Shown here piece by piece: positions 44,122 through 53,967 of a stretch of 64,000 bases of DNA. Below the pieces are notes generated by a model, which was not told the DNA's origin, searched no databases, and saw only the letters and a list, made by a program, of their open reading frames with translations. Every line of letters starts with the position of its first letter. The stretch's first letter is position 1. A program made the translations under genes and the position numbers. The stretch is from an uncultured Clostridia bacterium (GTDB lineage Bacteria; Bacillota; Clostridia; Christensenellales; CAG-1252): contig CALYRM010000003.1 of the NCBI GenBank assembly GCA_945482995.1, forward strand, positions 10,150 through 74,149, read 5' to 3'.

Positions 44122-44218
44122 AGATAATGGAATTTTATTATCCTGTAAAGGGTGTCCCCCTTACCTTTAAAATGGCGGTAAAACACCCTAAAACTGAAAA
44201 ATTAGGAGAGTATGATTT

Positions 44219-46807
44219 ATGTTACGATTAGAGAACATTGTCAAAGATTTTGGCACTAAAGAGCAAGTAACTCACGTTCTTAAAGGAATATCGATTCAAT
44301 TCCGTAAATCGGAGTTCGTATCTATCCTTGGACACTCAGGTTGCGGCAAAACTACATTATTGAATTTAATCGGAGGTTTGGACTCTTGCACCGATGGTAC
44401 TGTTTTCCTTGACGGCAAAAGCACAAAGTCCTACACCGATTCCGATTGGAACCTATATAGAAATAAAAAGATTGGCTTCGTATTTCAAAGCTACAATTTG
44501 ATTCATCATCTTTCGATTGAAAAGAACGTCGAATTGCCTTTGCAATTATCCGAAGTACCAAAGGCGGAGCGAAAAAGACGTGCCTTAGAGGCTCTCGAAA
44601 AGGTTGGTTTGAGAGATCAGGCTAGAAAACACCCCAACCAATTGTCGGGCGGTCAAATGCAGAGAGTAGCAATTGCGAGAGCTTTGGTAAACAATCCGTC
44701 AATTATTATGGCAGACGAACCTACCGGCGCATTGGATAGTGAATCGGGCGTTCAAGTAATGGATATTTTGAAAGAGGTTGCTAAGGATAAGCTTGTCGTA
44801 ATGGTTACGCATAACGATGCTCTTGCCGAGGAATACAGCACTCGTATTATTAGAATGAACGACGGATTTATAGTCGATGATACCAATCCGTATTCGTTAG
44901 AGGATTGCTTGAATGACGAGGTAGTTGCCGAAAATGAAAAAAGAGCCGCAACCGAAAAGCTTATTTCGGAAAATGCTAAAACCGAAAAGGATCGTAAGAG
45001 ATTTGTTAGAAAACTCAAGCAACAAGAATACGAAAAGAGAATGAAAACCTCTATGAGCTTGGGTACTGCAATTTCTATGAGTTTGACAAATCTTAGAAGC
45101 AAGCTCGGTAGAACGCTTTTGACGTCGATTGCCGGCAGTATCGGTATCATAGGTATAATGTTGGTTTTATCATTGTCGACCGGTGTAAAAGCTTATATTT
45201 CGGGCATTGAACAAGACGCACTTAGTCAATATCCCGTAACTGTAAATAATACCAATATGGATCTAATGGGTGCATTGAATATATTATCAAGTGCAAATAC
45301 CGAGGTGCGTCCCGACTATCCCGACAAAGATGAAATCTACATACAAACCATTATGGGTAACGTATTTAAAGATGATACCTTCTTCAAGAATAACGATTTG
45401 GGCTCATTGAAAGAATATATTGAAGATAACTTCGACGGCAGTTTGGGTTATGTCAAGTACAACTACGGCGTTTCAATGGAAATTTATCGTCAATGCAATG
45501 GCGAGGATAAGGATTACGACTGTCTGTATCCTTTCGTTGACAGTATAAAGAATGTTCTTCCCGACGGCGCAAAAGATTACTTGGATACCCTTGAACAATA
45601 CAGTGCAGCTATGAACGCTTGGGATGAGCTTATCGACAATAAAGAATTGCTTGAAAGTCAATATGAGCTTATAGGCGATTCAAGGTGGCCGACAGCGTAT
45701 GACGAAATAATATTGGTAGCCGACCAAAAAAATCAATTTCCCGACTACGTTTTATTCTTATTAGGTTTAGTACCTCCGTCAAAGGTTGGCGATTTTTTGA
45801 ATTTAGGCGGTCTTGTCGGCGGTGATACAAGTGAGTTATTTGATAAGGTTTATACCATTGAAGAATTGCTTGACGTTCGCTATAAAGTAATGACGGGTAA
45901 CGACTATTATCAAAAAGACGATAAAGGTAAATGGGTGGAAGTAGCCGATAGCGAAAGAGTTAAAAAGGACTTTGTAAACGCTAATGGTGTTACTCTAAAA
46001 GTTGTTGGAGTGGTTCGTCCAAGAGAAGGTACAACAGTCACTTGTATTAATGGTTGTGCTGCTTATTCACCTAAGCTAGTTGAATACCTATCAGAAAGAG
46101 CAAAGACAAAGGAAGGCTCACTTGGTGAGGCATATTATAAAAATCCGGGTTACGACCCGAGAAATGGTCAACAAATAACTACTGATAGCGAAAAATTGAG
46201 TTTCACTCGTATGCTCGGCGTATGTACCTTTGAAGAGCCTACCGCAATCAATATTTACGCAAGCTCGTTTGAAAACAAAAATAAGATAGTTGAATTTCTT
46301 GACGGATATAACGAGTATCAAGAGCAACAGAGTAATCCTAAAACCGTTAAATATTCGGATAACCTATCAATGATTATGGGCTATGTCGACACGCTTACCG
46401 AAACGGTAACAAGGGTACTTGTAGGTTTCGCTTCGATTTCGCTTATTGTGTCGAGTATAATGATTTCAATTATCATATATACATCGGTATTGGAACGTCG
46501 TAAGGAAATAGGTATTTTGCGTAGCGTGGGTGCTAGAAAACTCGACATATCAAATGTATTTATCAGCGAGTCGGCTTTGCTTGGGTTTACATCGGGGCTG
46601 CTCGGTATATTCATTACTTGGTTATGTACGTTGTTGGTAAACTTTGTGTTAAAGCTTCTGCTTGGAATTTCCGACCTTGCAATAATCAATTGGTGGAGTC
46701 CGTTGCTAATGCTGTTAATTAGTATATTACTATCATTCCTTGCAGGTTTCGTTCCTGCGAGAATAGCCGCAAACAAGGACCCTGTGGAGTGTTTGAGAAC
46801 AGAATAA
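44219..46807 (+). CDS. MacB-like fused ABC ATPase / FtsX-family permease
   Basis: 862 aa. Walker A GHSGCGKTT, LSGGQMQRVAIARAL, IMADEPTGALD. Then a TM, a large extracytoplasmic domain and a C-terminal FtsX-type helix bundle. Confidence 0.85.
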   Translation: MLRLENIVKDFGTKEQVTHVLKGISIQFRKSEFVSILGHSGCGKTTLLNLIGGLDSCTDGTVFLDGKSTKSYTDSDWNLYRNKKIGFVFQSYNLIHHLSIEKNVELPLQLSEVPKAERKRRALEALEKVGLRDQARKHPNQLSGGQMQRVAIARALVNNPSIIMADEPTGALDSESGVQVMDILKEVAKDKLVVMVTHNDALAEEYSTRIIRMNDGFIVDDTNPYSLEDCLNDEVVAENEKRAATEKLISENAKTEKDRKRFVRKLKQQEYEKRMKTSMSLGTAISMSLTNLRSKLGRTLLTSIAGSIGIIGIMLVLSLSTGVKAYISGIEQDALSQYPVTVNNTNMDLMGALNILSSANTEVRPDYPDKDEIYIQTIMGNVFKDDTFFKNNDLGSLKEYIEDNFDGSLGYVKYNYGVSMEIYRQCNGEDKDYDCLYPFVDSIKNVLPDGAKDYLDTLEQYSAAMNAWDELIDNKELLESQYELIGDSRWPTAYDEIILVADQKNQFPDYVLFLLGLVPPSKVGDFLNLGGLVGGDTSELFDKVYTIEELLDVRYKVMTGNDYYQKDDKGKWVEVADSERVKKDFVNANGVTLKVVGVVRPREGTTVTCINGCAAYSPKLVEYLSERAKTKEGSLGEAYYKNPGYDPRNGQQITTDSEKLSFTRMLGVCTFEEPTAINIYASSFENKNKIVEFLDGYNEYQEQQSNPKTVKYSDNLSMIMGYVDTLTETVTRVLVGFASISLIVSSIMISIIIYTSVLERRKEIGILRSVGARKLDISNVFISESALLGFTSGLLGIFITWLCTLLVNFVLKLLLGISDLAIINWWSPLLMLLISILLSFLAGFVPARIAANKDPVECLRTE

Positions 46808-46845
46808 AAGAAATTGCCAACTTGGGTTGGCAATTTCTTTTAATG
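46807..46845. terminator. Bidirectional terminator between the MacB-like gene and spo0A
   Basis: Perfect 15-bp stem aaagaaattgccaac/gttggcaatttcttt. Confidence 0.85.
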
Positions 46846-46856
46846 GGCAATGCCAA

Positions 46857-46975
46857 ATGTCATTCAAAATGAAGTGAAACGAAGATTAAGGTGAATTGAC
46901 CGCTACGCTATTATCCCGAGCATTGTCTTTGGATTTATCCGCTATTCACGAAGTTCACAATTGCAAGTTGCACAT
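46857..46975. repeat. Mosaic repeat cluster
   Basis: atgtcattcaaaatgaagtgaaacgaagattaagg, ...ctattatcccgagcattgtc..., and a cacgaagttcacaattgcaagttgcacatt module. Confidence 0.65.
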
Positions 46976-47007
46976 TACTCGTTCATTAAAGTGAAAATCA
47001 CTTTAGA

Positions 47008-47757
47008 TTAAGCGCTTTCCACAATCATTTTATCTGCAACTAATGCAATAAACTCCCCGTTTGTGGGCTTATCGTTGCTTGTATATACCTTGATTCCGAA
47101 CAGATGGTTTATATTTTCAATTTTTCCTTTATTCCAAGCCACCTCGATAGCGTGGCGAATCGCACGCTCGACCTTGCTTGCCGTAGTGTCAAACTTTTCG
47201 GCGACCTCGGGATATAATCTTTTGGTGATACTGTTTATTATTTCGGGATTTTCGATTGACATTTTGATTGCTTCTCTTAAAAATTGGTAGCCCTTGATAT
47301 GAGCAGGAATCCCAACTGAGATAAATATATTTGCAAGTCTTTCATCTAACGACTTGTTTACTTTTGTTTTTGGTGGCGTGTATGGGGTTTTCTCGGCAAA
47401 CAAATCCATTATTCTATTTTTAAGTGCATTAACATTTATCGGTTTTGTCATATAATACTTTGCACCGGCTCTCAATGCTCCTGTAATAAATTCGTCGCCA
47501 ATTGGGAGTGAGGTTGCAATTACGTTTACATTCAAATTCTTTTCGGCAAGACTTCTTAAAACTTCCATTCCGTCCACGTTGGGCATAACTAAATCAAGTA
47601 CCATAATGTCAAACTTACGGCGTTCACATTCGGAAATGGCTGTAATTCCGTCATAACAAGCGGTTACGTCAAAAAAGCCGTATCTTAATAACTCGGTCTT
47701 GATTTCGTTACAATAGTTTACATTGTCATCGACGATTAATACATTTAACTTATTCAT
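47008..47757 (-). CDS. spo0A: Sporulation master regulator Spo0A
   Basis: Receiver domain (DIMVLDLVMPNVDG) plus the diagnostic Spo0A C-domain (GIPAHIKGYQFLREAI...TASKVERAIRHAIEVAW). Confidence 0.95.
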   Translation of the reverse strand: MNKLNVLIVDDNVNYCNEIKTELLRYGFFDVTACYDGITAISECERRKFDIMVLDLVMPNVDGMEVLRSLAEKNLNVNVIATSLPIGDEFITGALRAGAKYYMTKPINVNALKNRIMDLFAEKTPYTPPKTKVNKSLDERLANIFISVGIPAHIKGYQFLREAIKMSIENPEIINSITKRLYPEVAEKFDTTASKVERAIRHAIEVAWNKGKIENINHLFGIKVYTSNDKPTNGEFIALVADKMIVESA

Positions 47758-47980
47758 GGTAAATCTCCTTTTTGTTAGTTCGCTCTAATTATAGCAAATC
47801 ATCGCCGATTATGACTTTTTGAGGGTTTACGAATAAAGTCTGGGAAAGTCTTTTTTTGACAAAATCGCGCGAAAAAACTCGAATAAAATCGAATTTCAAA
47901 TATTTAGAATACCAAATAAAGAGATATAAGCGGTGTTTCACCGATTTTTAGTCAACATTAATCGAAAAATATAGTAATTC

Positions 47981-48006
47981 ATAAAAATACCGCCGTTAAA
48001 GGCGGA
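47981..48006 (-). terminator. Terminator downstream of the 154-aa gene
   Basis: ccgcc-gttaaa-ggcgg with a T-run on the minus strand. Confidence 0.5.
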
Positions 48007-48017
48007 AACATTCTTAT

Positions 48018-48058
48018 TGTCATTCTTCGACTTCGTTGCACTACGCTTGAGAATGACA
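48018..48058 (-). repeat. Single mosaic repeat unit with perfect 9-bp terminal inverted repeat
   Basis: tgtcattct-tcgacttcgttgcactacgcttg-agaatgaca. Confidence 0.8.
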
Positions 48059-48096
48059 TTATGGTTTATGTATTGAATTTAACAACATTTTAGATT

Positions 48097-48561
48097 TTAA
48101 AATGCTGTTAAAGTTAATAGTATGCTGTGTAGTGTTAGAATATCGTCAAAGCATAGTCGTTCGGTAAGATAGGGAATTCCTTTTTTATATTCTAAACTCG
48201 AGGCTAATCCATCTGCGCTTTTTAAAAGCAAGCCTCTAACTATAGATGAATAGTCTCCCTTAATACATTCTCCCATTCTTGGCAGTTGATCTATTTTGAG
48301 TATTGTCGTTATGTTATTAACAATTTTTGAGGATATGTGTAAACATAAAAGCATAAGCTCTTTTTTTGAGCATATTCCAAGAAGTCCTTTTACAGTTTCG
48401 TCTATTGAGGTGTATATCGTGTATAATTTTACAAGAGGCTTTATTGCATATTCATGGGTAGTTTCGCCTGTAAAAGGAGCGGATTGCAAAGTATAAGGTT
48501 TAATTTCGCTATACTCTTTTGCCATTTGTTCAAAAATTTTTTCTTCGTCCATAAAATACAA
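48097..48561 (-). CDS. Hypothetical protein
   Basis: 154-aa ORF with no recognisable motif and no clear RBS. Start uncertain (ATG 48561 or 48552). Confidence 0.4.
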   Translation of the reverse strand: MYFMDEEKIFEQMAKEYSEIKPYTLQSAPFTGETTHEYAIKPLVKLYTIYTSIDETVKGLLGICSKKELMLLCLHISSKIVNNITTILKIDQLPRMGECIKGDYSSIVRGLLLKSADGLASSLEYKKGIPYLTERLCFDDILTLHSILLTLTAF

Positions 48562-48680
48562 TATGAAAAAATAAAGAAAAATATAACATTATTTCTTATT
48601 TGAGGTGCATTTTTTTATTATTTATCCTATTATATATTTGCATGGCGGGATACGCTTTGTATAATGTGCAAAATTGGGTT

Positions 48681-48990
48681 ATGTCATTCCGAGCGAAGTG
48701 GAAAAATCTAATCCTTATTTGTCATTCTGAGCAAAGTCGAAGAATCTCATCCGCATTGTCATCCTGAGCGAAGCGTAGCGAAGTCGTGAGGATCTAATCC
48801 TTGTTCCGTCATGTCGACCGTAGTGGAGACATCTCTAAAACGGGGTAATGAACATTCTTGAGAACTGAACTCAAGCGTTCCATATAAATCACGCAGTCCA
48901 CAACGAATTGCAACCGTTAGGTGCAATTCAATTCATGGAGTGCGTCACGAGAATTCACGACGGCAAAGCTGTCAAATCATTCCGAGACTT
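48681..48990 (+). repeat. Mosaic repeat array ending in the ~190-nt composite element (48797-48987)
   Basis: atgtcattccgagcgaagtggaaaaatctaatcc, gtcattctgagcaaagtcgaagaatctcatcc and gtcatcctgagcgaagcgtagcgaagtcgtgaggatctaatcc, then the composite element. Confidence 0.9.
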
Positions 48991-49035
48991 GGGATGACAA
49001 TTACTATTTAGAAAAAAATTAGAGGGGGTATAGCA

Positions 49036-50250
49036 ATGAATAAAAAATTATGTATACTATCTTTTATCGTTGCAGTTTTGCTATTAGCTACAACGTTGTC
49101 GGCTTGTTCTGCCTATAACGGCGCTAATAATTCAGAAGAGGGCAAGGGAATCAAGGTAACTCTCGATTATGGCGACAAGAATATAAACAAAACATTGAAG
49201 CTATCGTCTAACGATGGTTTGGACGACTATACGAACGTAATAGTTGACGATAAAGCAGTTATAGGTTGGGTTGACGAAAACGGAAATGATGTTGAAGTTT
49301 CAAATTTGAGTGATAACGCAACTATTTATCCAAAATGGGGCGTTTGCGTGAGATTTTTCAATGAAAATTACGAGGAAATTGCCAAAAGAGTTGGAGTGCA
49401 GGGCGCAAGTTATCCGATTCCTGCATATCAAGCAAAGAAAGGCTATAAATTTGAAAGTTGGCTTGAAATGGGTACTAACGAACCGCTTACTTTAGCGGTA
49501 TTTCCCGAAAAGAACAAGGACTTTTTCGCTTCGTATACTTATCAAGTCTACACAATCGATTACGATTTACAGGGTGGTGTTGCTTCCGCAGAACTTCAAA
49601 CAGAATATACAGTGCAAAGTTCGTTTGAATTGCCTACTGTTAAAAAACAAGGTTTGCTTTTCTGTGGTTGGTTTGACGAATATAATCAAAAGATAACCGA
49701 GATAAAAAGCGATACTACCGGCAATATGTACTTGACTGCGAAATTTACCGACACAACTTTTAGTACTATTGTTAGAGAAGGAAGCTCAACTGTTACCGAT
49801 AGTGGCATTGAAAATCAACAAGTTGATTTTGTAGACATTTCAAACTTCATTGATTTAGATACTTGTAAAAAATACGGTTATACAAAGTTGCAAATTACCG
49901 TTTCCATGGACGTGAAAGAGGAATTTGACGGTTATCAACATTGTTTCTTGTATTCGGATTCATATGTGGGAGTAGATAAGTCCAATTCTTCGCTAAAAGG
50001 TTTATTCTATAAATATATGCTTGGTGAACAAGAACAGGTTTCAGATCCATACTTTTTGGCAGGATATAGATTCGAGCATGGCGCAGGTGAAAATAATGGT
50101 AATTGGGCACGCTACAATATAACGTTTACAGTCGACTTGTCAGATCTCATTTCAAGCAAAAAATTATTTATTCGTTATAGCGCAAGCGGAATTTGGGAAG
50201 ATACCTGGATAAATAGAAACATTGCAGTTTCGGTAAATGCTATAAGATAA
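49036..50250 (+). CDS. Surface lipoprotein with Listeria-Bacteroides (Flg_new) repeats
   Basis: 404 aa with lipobox LSAC. GWVDENGN...IYPKW, GYKFESW and LLFCGWFDEYN...MYLTAKF modules. Confidence 0.7.
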   Translation: MNKKLCILSFIVAVLLLATTLSACSAYNGANNSEEGKGIKVTLDYGDKNINKTLKLSSNDGLDDYTNVIVDDKAVIGWVDENGNDVEVSNLSDNATIYPKWGVCVRFFNENYEEIAKRVGVQGASYPIPAYQAKKGYKFESWLEMGTNEPLTLAVFPEKNKDFFASYTYQVYTIDYDLQGGVASAELQTEYTVQSSFELPTVKKQGLLFCGWFDEYNQKITEIKSDTTGNMYLTAKFTDTTFSTIVREGSSTVTDSGIENQQVDFVDISNFIDLDTCKKYGYTKLQITVSMDVKEEFDGYQHCFLYSDSYVGVDKSNSSLKGLFYKYMLGEQEQVSDPYFLAGYRFEHGAGENNGNWARYNITFTVDLSDLISSKKLFIRYSASGIWEDTWINRNIAVSVNAIR

Positions 50251-50410
50251 ATGTCATTCCGAGCGTACTCGAGGAATATCATCAATATTGTCATTCTGAG
50301 CCTGTTGAAGAATATCATCAATATTGTCATTCCGACCAACGTGGAGAAATCTCCCTATAAGCACTGACTTAATGCGAAGCATGCGAACATCCTGAATTGC
50401 AATTATCCAA
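50251..50410 (+). repeat. Mosaic repeat cluster
   Basis: atgtcattccgagcgtactcgaggaatatcatc, ttgtcattctgagcctgttgaagaatatcatc, ttgtcattccgaccaacgtggagaaatctcc, cttaatgcgaagcatgcgaac. Confidence 0.85.
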
Positions 50411-50543
50411 TTTATGTTTTCTATCGTGATTAAAAATCCTAAAACAAGGCAACAATGACTTTTGGGAGACAAATAGAAATAGGAGCTCCGCAAAAGTCGA
50501 GACCGTCTCTCTATAGCGACGCTTTTGCGAAAAGAAAACAAAG

Positions 50544-50999
50544 ATGAAACTTACTCAAAAAGAAACACAACTAGTAACCGAACTTAAAACTCAAGAGCAA
50601 CTTTGCGTACAAAAATACAATTTTTACGCAGCACAAGCTAATGACCCTGCACTCAAAGATCTTTTCCAAACGATTTCTGAGCATGAACAAAAACACTCTG
50701 ATATGTTGGATAGCCTCCTTCAAGGCACCATTCCCGATGTCAAGATGAAAGGACCTATGGCAGAGGGCTATTCACCAAAGGAATCACGCGGAATAACTGC
50801 CGAAGGCAAGGCTTTTGACAAATTCCTTTGCACCGATATTATTGCAACCGAAAAGTATGTTGCAACCGCTTATAATGACGATCTTTTCTATTTTGCGTCG
50901 ACAGACGTTAGAAATGTTTTAAACGCCATTATGACCGACGAACAAAACCATGCCGAAATGATTTGGAAGTACAAAGTTGCCAATAAAATGGTGGCTTAA
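50544..50999 (+). CDS. CotF-family (Coat F domain) spore coat protein
   Basis: 151 aa. Two helical E-x-x-H type segments (ISEHEQKHSDML, TDEQNHAEMI), typical of the ferritin-like Coat F domain. Confidence 0.7.
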   Translation: MKLTQKETQLVTELKTQEQLCVQKYNFYAAQANDPALKDLFQTISEHEQKHSDMLDSLLQGTIPDVKMKGPMAEGYSPKESRGITAEGKAFDKFLCTDIIATEKYVATAYNDDLFYFASTDVRNVLNAIMTDEQNHAEMIWKYKVANKMVA

Positions 51000-51025
51000 A
51001 TTAAAGCAAAACATTTTAATAATAC

Positions 51026-51057
51026 AAAAAAGGAGTAACTTAAGCTACTCCTTTTTT
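51026..51057 (+). terminator. Rho-independent terminator after the CotF-like gene
   Basis: aaaaaaggagtaacttaagctactcctttttt. Confidence 0.75.
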
Positions 51058-51079
51058 GTATTTGTTATCTTGCTCCATA

Positions 51080-51240
51080 ATGTCATCTTGAATCATATAA
51101 ATCGCCATTCTCAAGCGAAATCGAAGAATCTAATCCTTGTTTCGTCATTTCGAGCGAAGTCGAGAAATCTCCATACTAGCACAGACTCTTTGCGAAGCAT
51201 ACGGACAGTCATTCTGAGCAATGTCGAAGAATCTAATCCG
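51080..51240 (+). repeat. Mosaic repeat cluster
   Basis: cgccattctcaagcgaaatcgaagaatctaatcc, cgtcatttcgagcgaagtcgagaaatctcc, ctctttgcgaagcatacggacag, gtcattctgagcaatgtcgaagaatctaatcc. Confidence 0.85.
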
Positions 51241-51315
51241 CTCTTTGATAGCGAGCTATCAAAGAATGAAATCTGCCCTGTGATTGTATGGTGTCATTTT
51301 TGTCATTATCTTTGG

Positions 51316-51762
51316 CTACTTAATAACAAAGCTTAAAAGAAAAGCAATCAACAAAATTATAGTTGTAACGGCGGCAAGTACCGTTGCTATGATTGCCAAA
51401 ATTTTGGCAGGTTTTGTTTTAGAAGTTGGTATTGACGCAATTCCCAAGCCTAAAGCCACTACAGACAAGACAAGAGCAACTAAAGAAAGGATTAATTGAA
51501 CTATTAGTCCAAATGCACCGCCTAAGGCTTCTGCTGCATCTCCGGAGGCTAAATCTTTTTTAATTCCGATACTCATAGCCAAGGTTATAGAGGATACTAT
51601 TAGTCCAGCCACACCTAAAATAAGCGACGATATACCTAAACCCTTTCCCACTCTATTCTTTTTGAGATTTACGGTAGCGTTTGTTTGTTCAACAACTGCG
51701 TTGTCGTTTTCGCTTGTTTCCATTAAATTTTTGTTTTCTTCTTTCATAATATAAAACCCCAT
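51316..51762 (-). CDS. Small membrane protein, unknown function
   Basis: 148 aa with three hydrophobic helices after an acidic N-terminal tail. Alternative start ATG 51747. Confidence 0.5.
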   Translation of the reverse strand: MGFYIMKEENKNLMETSENDNAVVEQTNATVNLKKNRVGKGLGISSLILGVAGLIVSSITLAMSIGIKKDLASGDAAEALGGAFGLIVQLILSLVALVLSVVALGLGIASIPTSKTKPAKILAIIATVLAAVTTIILLIAFLLSFVIK

Positions 51763-51789
51763 AATCTTATTTGGACTATCGTTTCGGCA

Positions 51790-52060
51790 TTATCCTTATT
51801 TGTCATGCCTGACCCGCATTTGTCATTCCGACCGAGAATAATTATTCCGAACTATGAAATGTCATTCTGAGCAACGTCGAAGAATCTCATCCTTATTCCG
51901 TCATGTCTTGATAGTCGAGATAACTAATCTCAGCACCTATTCGTTTAGAAACACACTAACATCTTGAACGTCAATTGCACATTGCACATTGCACAGTGGC
52001 TTATGCGAGGTGTTAAAACGGATTATATCACTTGACTAAGCTCGGGATGGCGTAGGCCAA
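51790..52060. repeat. Mosaic repeat cluster
   Basis: ttgtcattccgaccgagaata, atgtcattctgagcaacgtcgaagaatctcatcc, cgtcatgtcttgatagtcgagataact, and an attgcacattgcacattgcaca module. Confidence 0.8.
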
Positions 52061-52195
52061 TCAAAAGGCGCTACAAATTCATTATATCACTTTTACTTTT
52101 AACAGTCAATATGCAACTATTTTTGGGTAAAATCCCTTGATTCTTTAAGCATTTTTACTTTTTTTTCAATAAGAATGTAAAAATCTTTTCAAAGG

Positions 52196-52224
52196 TTGCA
52201 AAATGACTGACAATGCTTTATAAT
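52196..52224 (+). promoter_or_regulatory. Near-consensus sigma-A promoter TTGCAA-17-TATAAT for the ECF operon
   Basis: ttgcaa aatgactgacaatgctt tataat. Confidence 0.7.
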
Positions 52225-52258
52225 TGAATATAATAAATCAACAAAAACGGAGTGCAAT

Positions 52259-53122
52259 TTGGTCGCAATTTCTTTTAAAAATGTTTCATTTACATACGAT
52301 TCCGATGAAGATAATGTCGTATTGGCATTGTCAAACATCTCTTTCGACATACACGAGGGAGAGTTTGTTACGCTCTGCGGTGGCAATGGTTCGGGTAAAA
52401 GTACCCTTTCCAAGCTAACTAATGGTTTGTTGTTGCCGGATAGCGGATCGGTAGAGATTTTCGGAATTAAAACCACGCCCGACGAAGGGGATAAAAAGAA
52501 TAAAAGAATTTACGATATTCGCTCGACAGTAGGTTTGATTTTTCAAAATCCCGATAATCAAATGGTTGCAAGTATCATTGAGGACGATATCGCTTTTGGC
52601 CCCGAAAATTTGGGCGTACCACGTGACGAAATAGAGCAAAGAGTCACTTGGGCGTTGAAAACGGTGGGAATGGAAGAATACCGAAAGCATACCCCGACAA
52701 AACTCAGTGGCGGACAAAAACAGCGTATTGCCATAGCCGGAGTACTGGCAATGAAACCAAAGGTGTTAATTTTGGACGAATCAACCGCAATGCTTGATCC
52801 CGAGGGTAGAGAAGAAGTGCTTGAAACGGTAAAAAGGCTAAACGAAGAAGAGGGCATTACCATTTTGCACATTACTCACAATATGGATGACTGTGTATAT
52901 GGAGATAGGATCCTTGTATTGAAACAAGGAAAACTTGCATTTGACGGTACGCCTCAAGAATTATTTTTAAATGCAGATTTAGTTAGGACGTGCGATTTGG
53001 AACTACCACCCATTCAAAACGCAGTGTATTTATTAAATCAAAACGGTATAAAAATCGACGATTATATTCAAGACGAAAAGGAACTTGCTCGTAAACTATG
53101 GCAATTGAAACAAAAAATCTAA
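52259..53122 (+). CDS. ecfA1: Energy-coupling factor transporter ATPase EcfA1
   Basis: TTG start after ggag. GGNGSGKST, LSGGQKQRIAIAGVLA, LILDESTAMLD. Followed by ecfA2-ecfT. Confidence 0.9.
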   Translation: MVAISFKNVSFTYDSDEDNVVLALSNISFDIHEGEFVTLCGGNGSGKSTLSKLTNGLLLPDSGSVEIFGIKTTPDEGDKKNKRIYDIRSTVGLIFQNPDNQMVASIIEDDIAFGPENLGVPRDEIEQRVTWALKTVGMEEYRKHTPTKLSGGQKQRIAIAGVLAMKPKVLILDESTAMLDPEGREEVLETVKRLNEEEGITILHITHNMDDCVYGDRILVLKQGKLAFDGTPQELFLNADLVRTCDLELPPIQNAVYLLNQNGIKIDDYIQDEKELARKLWQLKQKI

Positions 53123-53967
53123 GTTACACGTATTCGGTAGGTTCACCCTATCAAAAGACGGCATTAAAGGACGTTACTCTGCATATACACGAGGGCGACT
53201 TTTGTTGTATCTTAGGTCATACCGGTTCAGGAAAAAGCACTTTATTACAACATTTTAACGGACTTATAAAACGCACGAGCGGTGAGTTAAGAGTGCTTGA
53301 CTTCGACTTGAATCGTCGCAAGCCCGACTACAAATCTCTTCGCTTCAGTGTTGGTATGGTTTTTCAATATCCCGAATATCAGCTTTTTGACGATACGGTA
53401 AGCAAGGACGTTTCTTTTGGCCCTAAGAATATGAAACTTGACGAAGAAGAAATCAAGAAGAGAGTACGTGAAGCGCTAACCTTAGTCGGTTTAGATCCTG
53501 ATGAAATCGGCGAAAAATCTCCTTTCGAGATAAGTGGTGGTCAAAAGCGTAGAGCCGCTATTGCAGGTGTAATTGCCATTCGCCCGAAAATTCTCGTGCT
53601 TGACGAGCCTACTGCGGGGCTTGACCCAAAAGGTAAAAAAGAGATTATGAGCCTTGTCAAGAGCCTAAAAGAGAAATTATCGCCAACCGTCGTTATGGTT
53701 ACGCACGATATGGATTTGGTTGCTGAGTACGCTACCAAAGTAATCGTCTTAAAGGACGGCGAAGTTGCTTTTGATGGTACTCCTGCCGAACTTTTTAACA
53801 ACAACGAAATAGTAAATGACTGTTCGCTTCGTTTGCCCTCGGGCGTGGCTCTTGCTAACGAACTAAGGGAAGTTGGCTTTGATATCGACCATAATTCCAT
53901 TACGATTGAACAGGTTGTCGATAACCTCATAAAAGAAATTAAGCCAAAGGAGAACGACAATGCTTAA
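53098..53967 (+). CDS. ecfA2: Energy-coupling factor transporter ATPase EcfA2
   Basis: GHTGSGKST, ISGGQKRRAAIAGVIA, LVLDEPTAGLD. Confidence 0.9.
   Translation: MAIETKNLSYTYSVGSPYQKTALKDVTLHIHEGDFCCILGHTGSGKSTLLQHFNGLIKRTSGELRVLDFDLNRRKPDYKSLRFSVGMVFQYPEYQLFDDTVSKDVSFGPKNMKLDEEEIKKRVREALTLVGLDPDEIGEKSPFEISGGQKRRAAIAGVIAIRPKILVLDEPTAGLDPKGKKEIMSLVKSLKEKLSPTVVMVTHDMDLVAEYATKVIVLKDGEVAFDGTPAELFNNNEIVNDCSLRLPSGVALANELREVGFDIDHNSITIEQVVDNLIKEIKPKENDNA

Noticed and set aside
47758-48096. Spo0A (0A) boxes or a sigma-H promoter upstream of spo0A
   Set aside because: Only an extended -10 (TGCTATAAT, 47788-47796 minus) and one near-match TGTCAAA were seen. There is no clear TGNCGAA box or sigma-H consensus on the correct strand.
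50254-50541. 95-aa minus-strand ORF, plus the 50977-51336 (119 aa) and 15551-15793 (80 aa) plus-strand ORFs
   Set aside because: All are translations of intergenic repeat arrays (peptides like VILSEAK / SFRAKSRNL). They have no RBS and overlap terminators.
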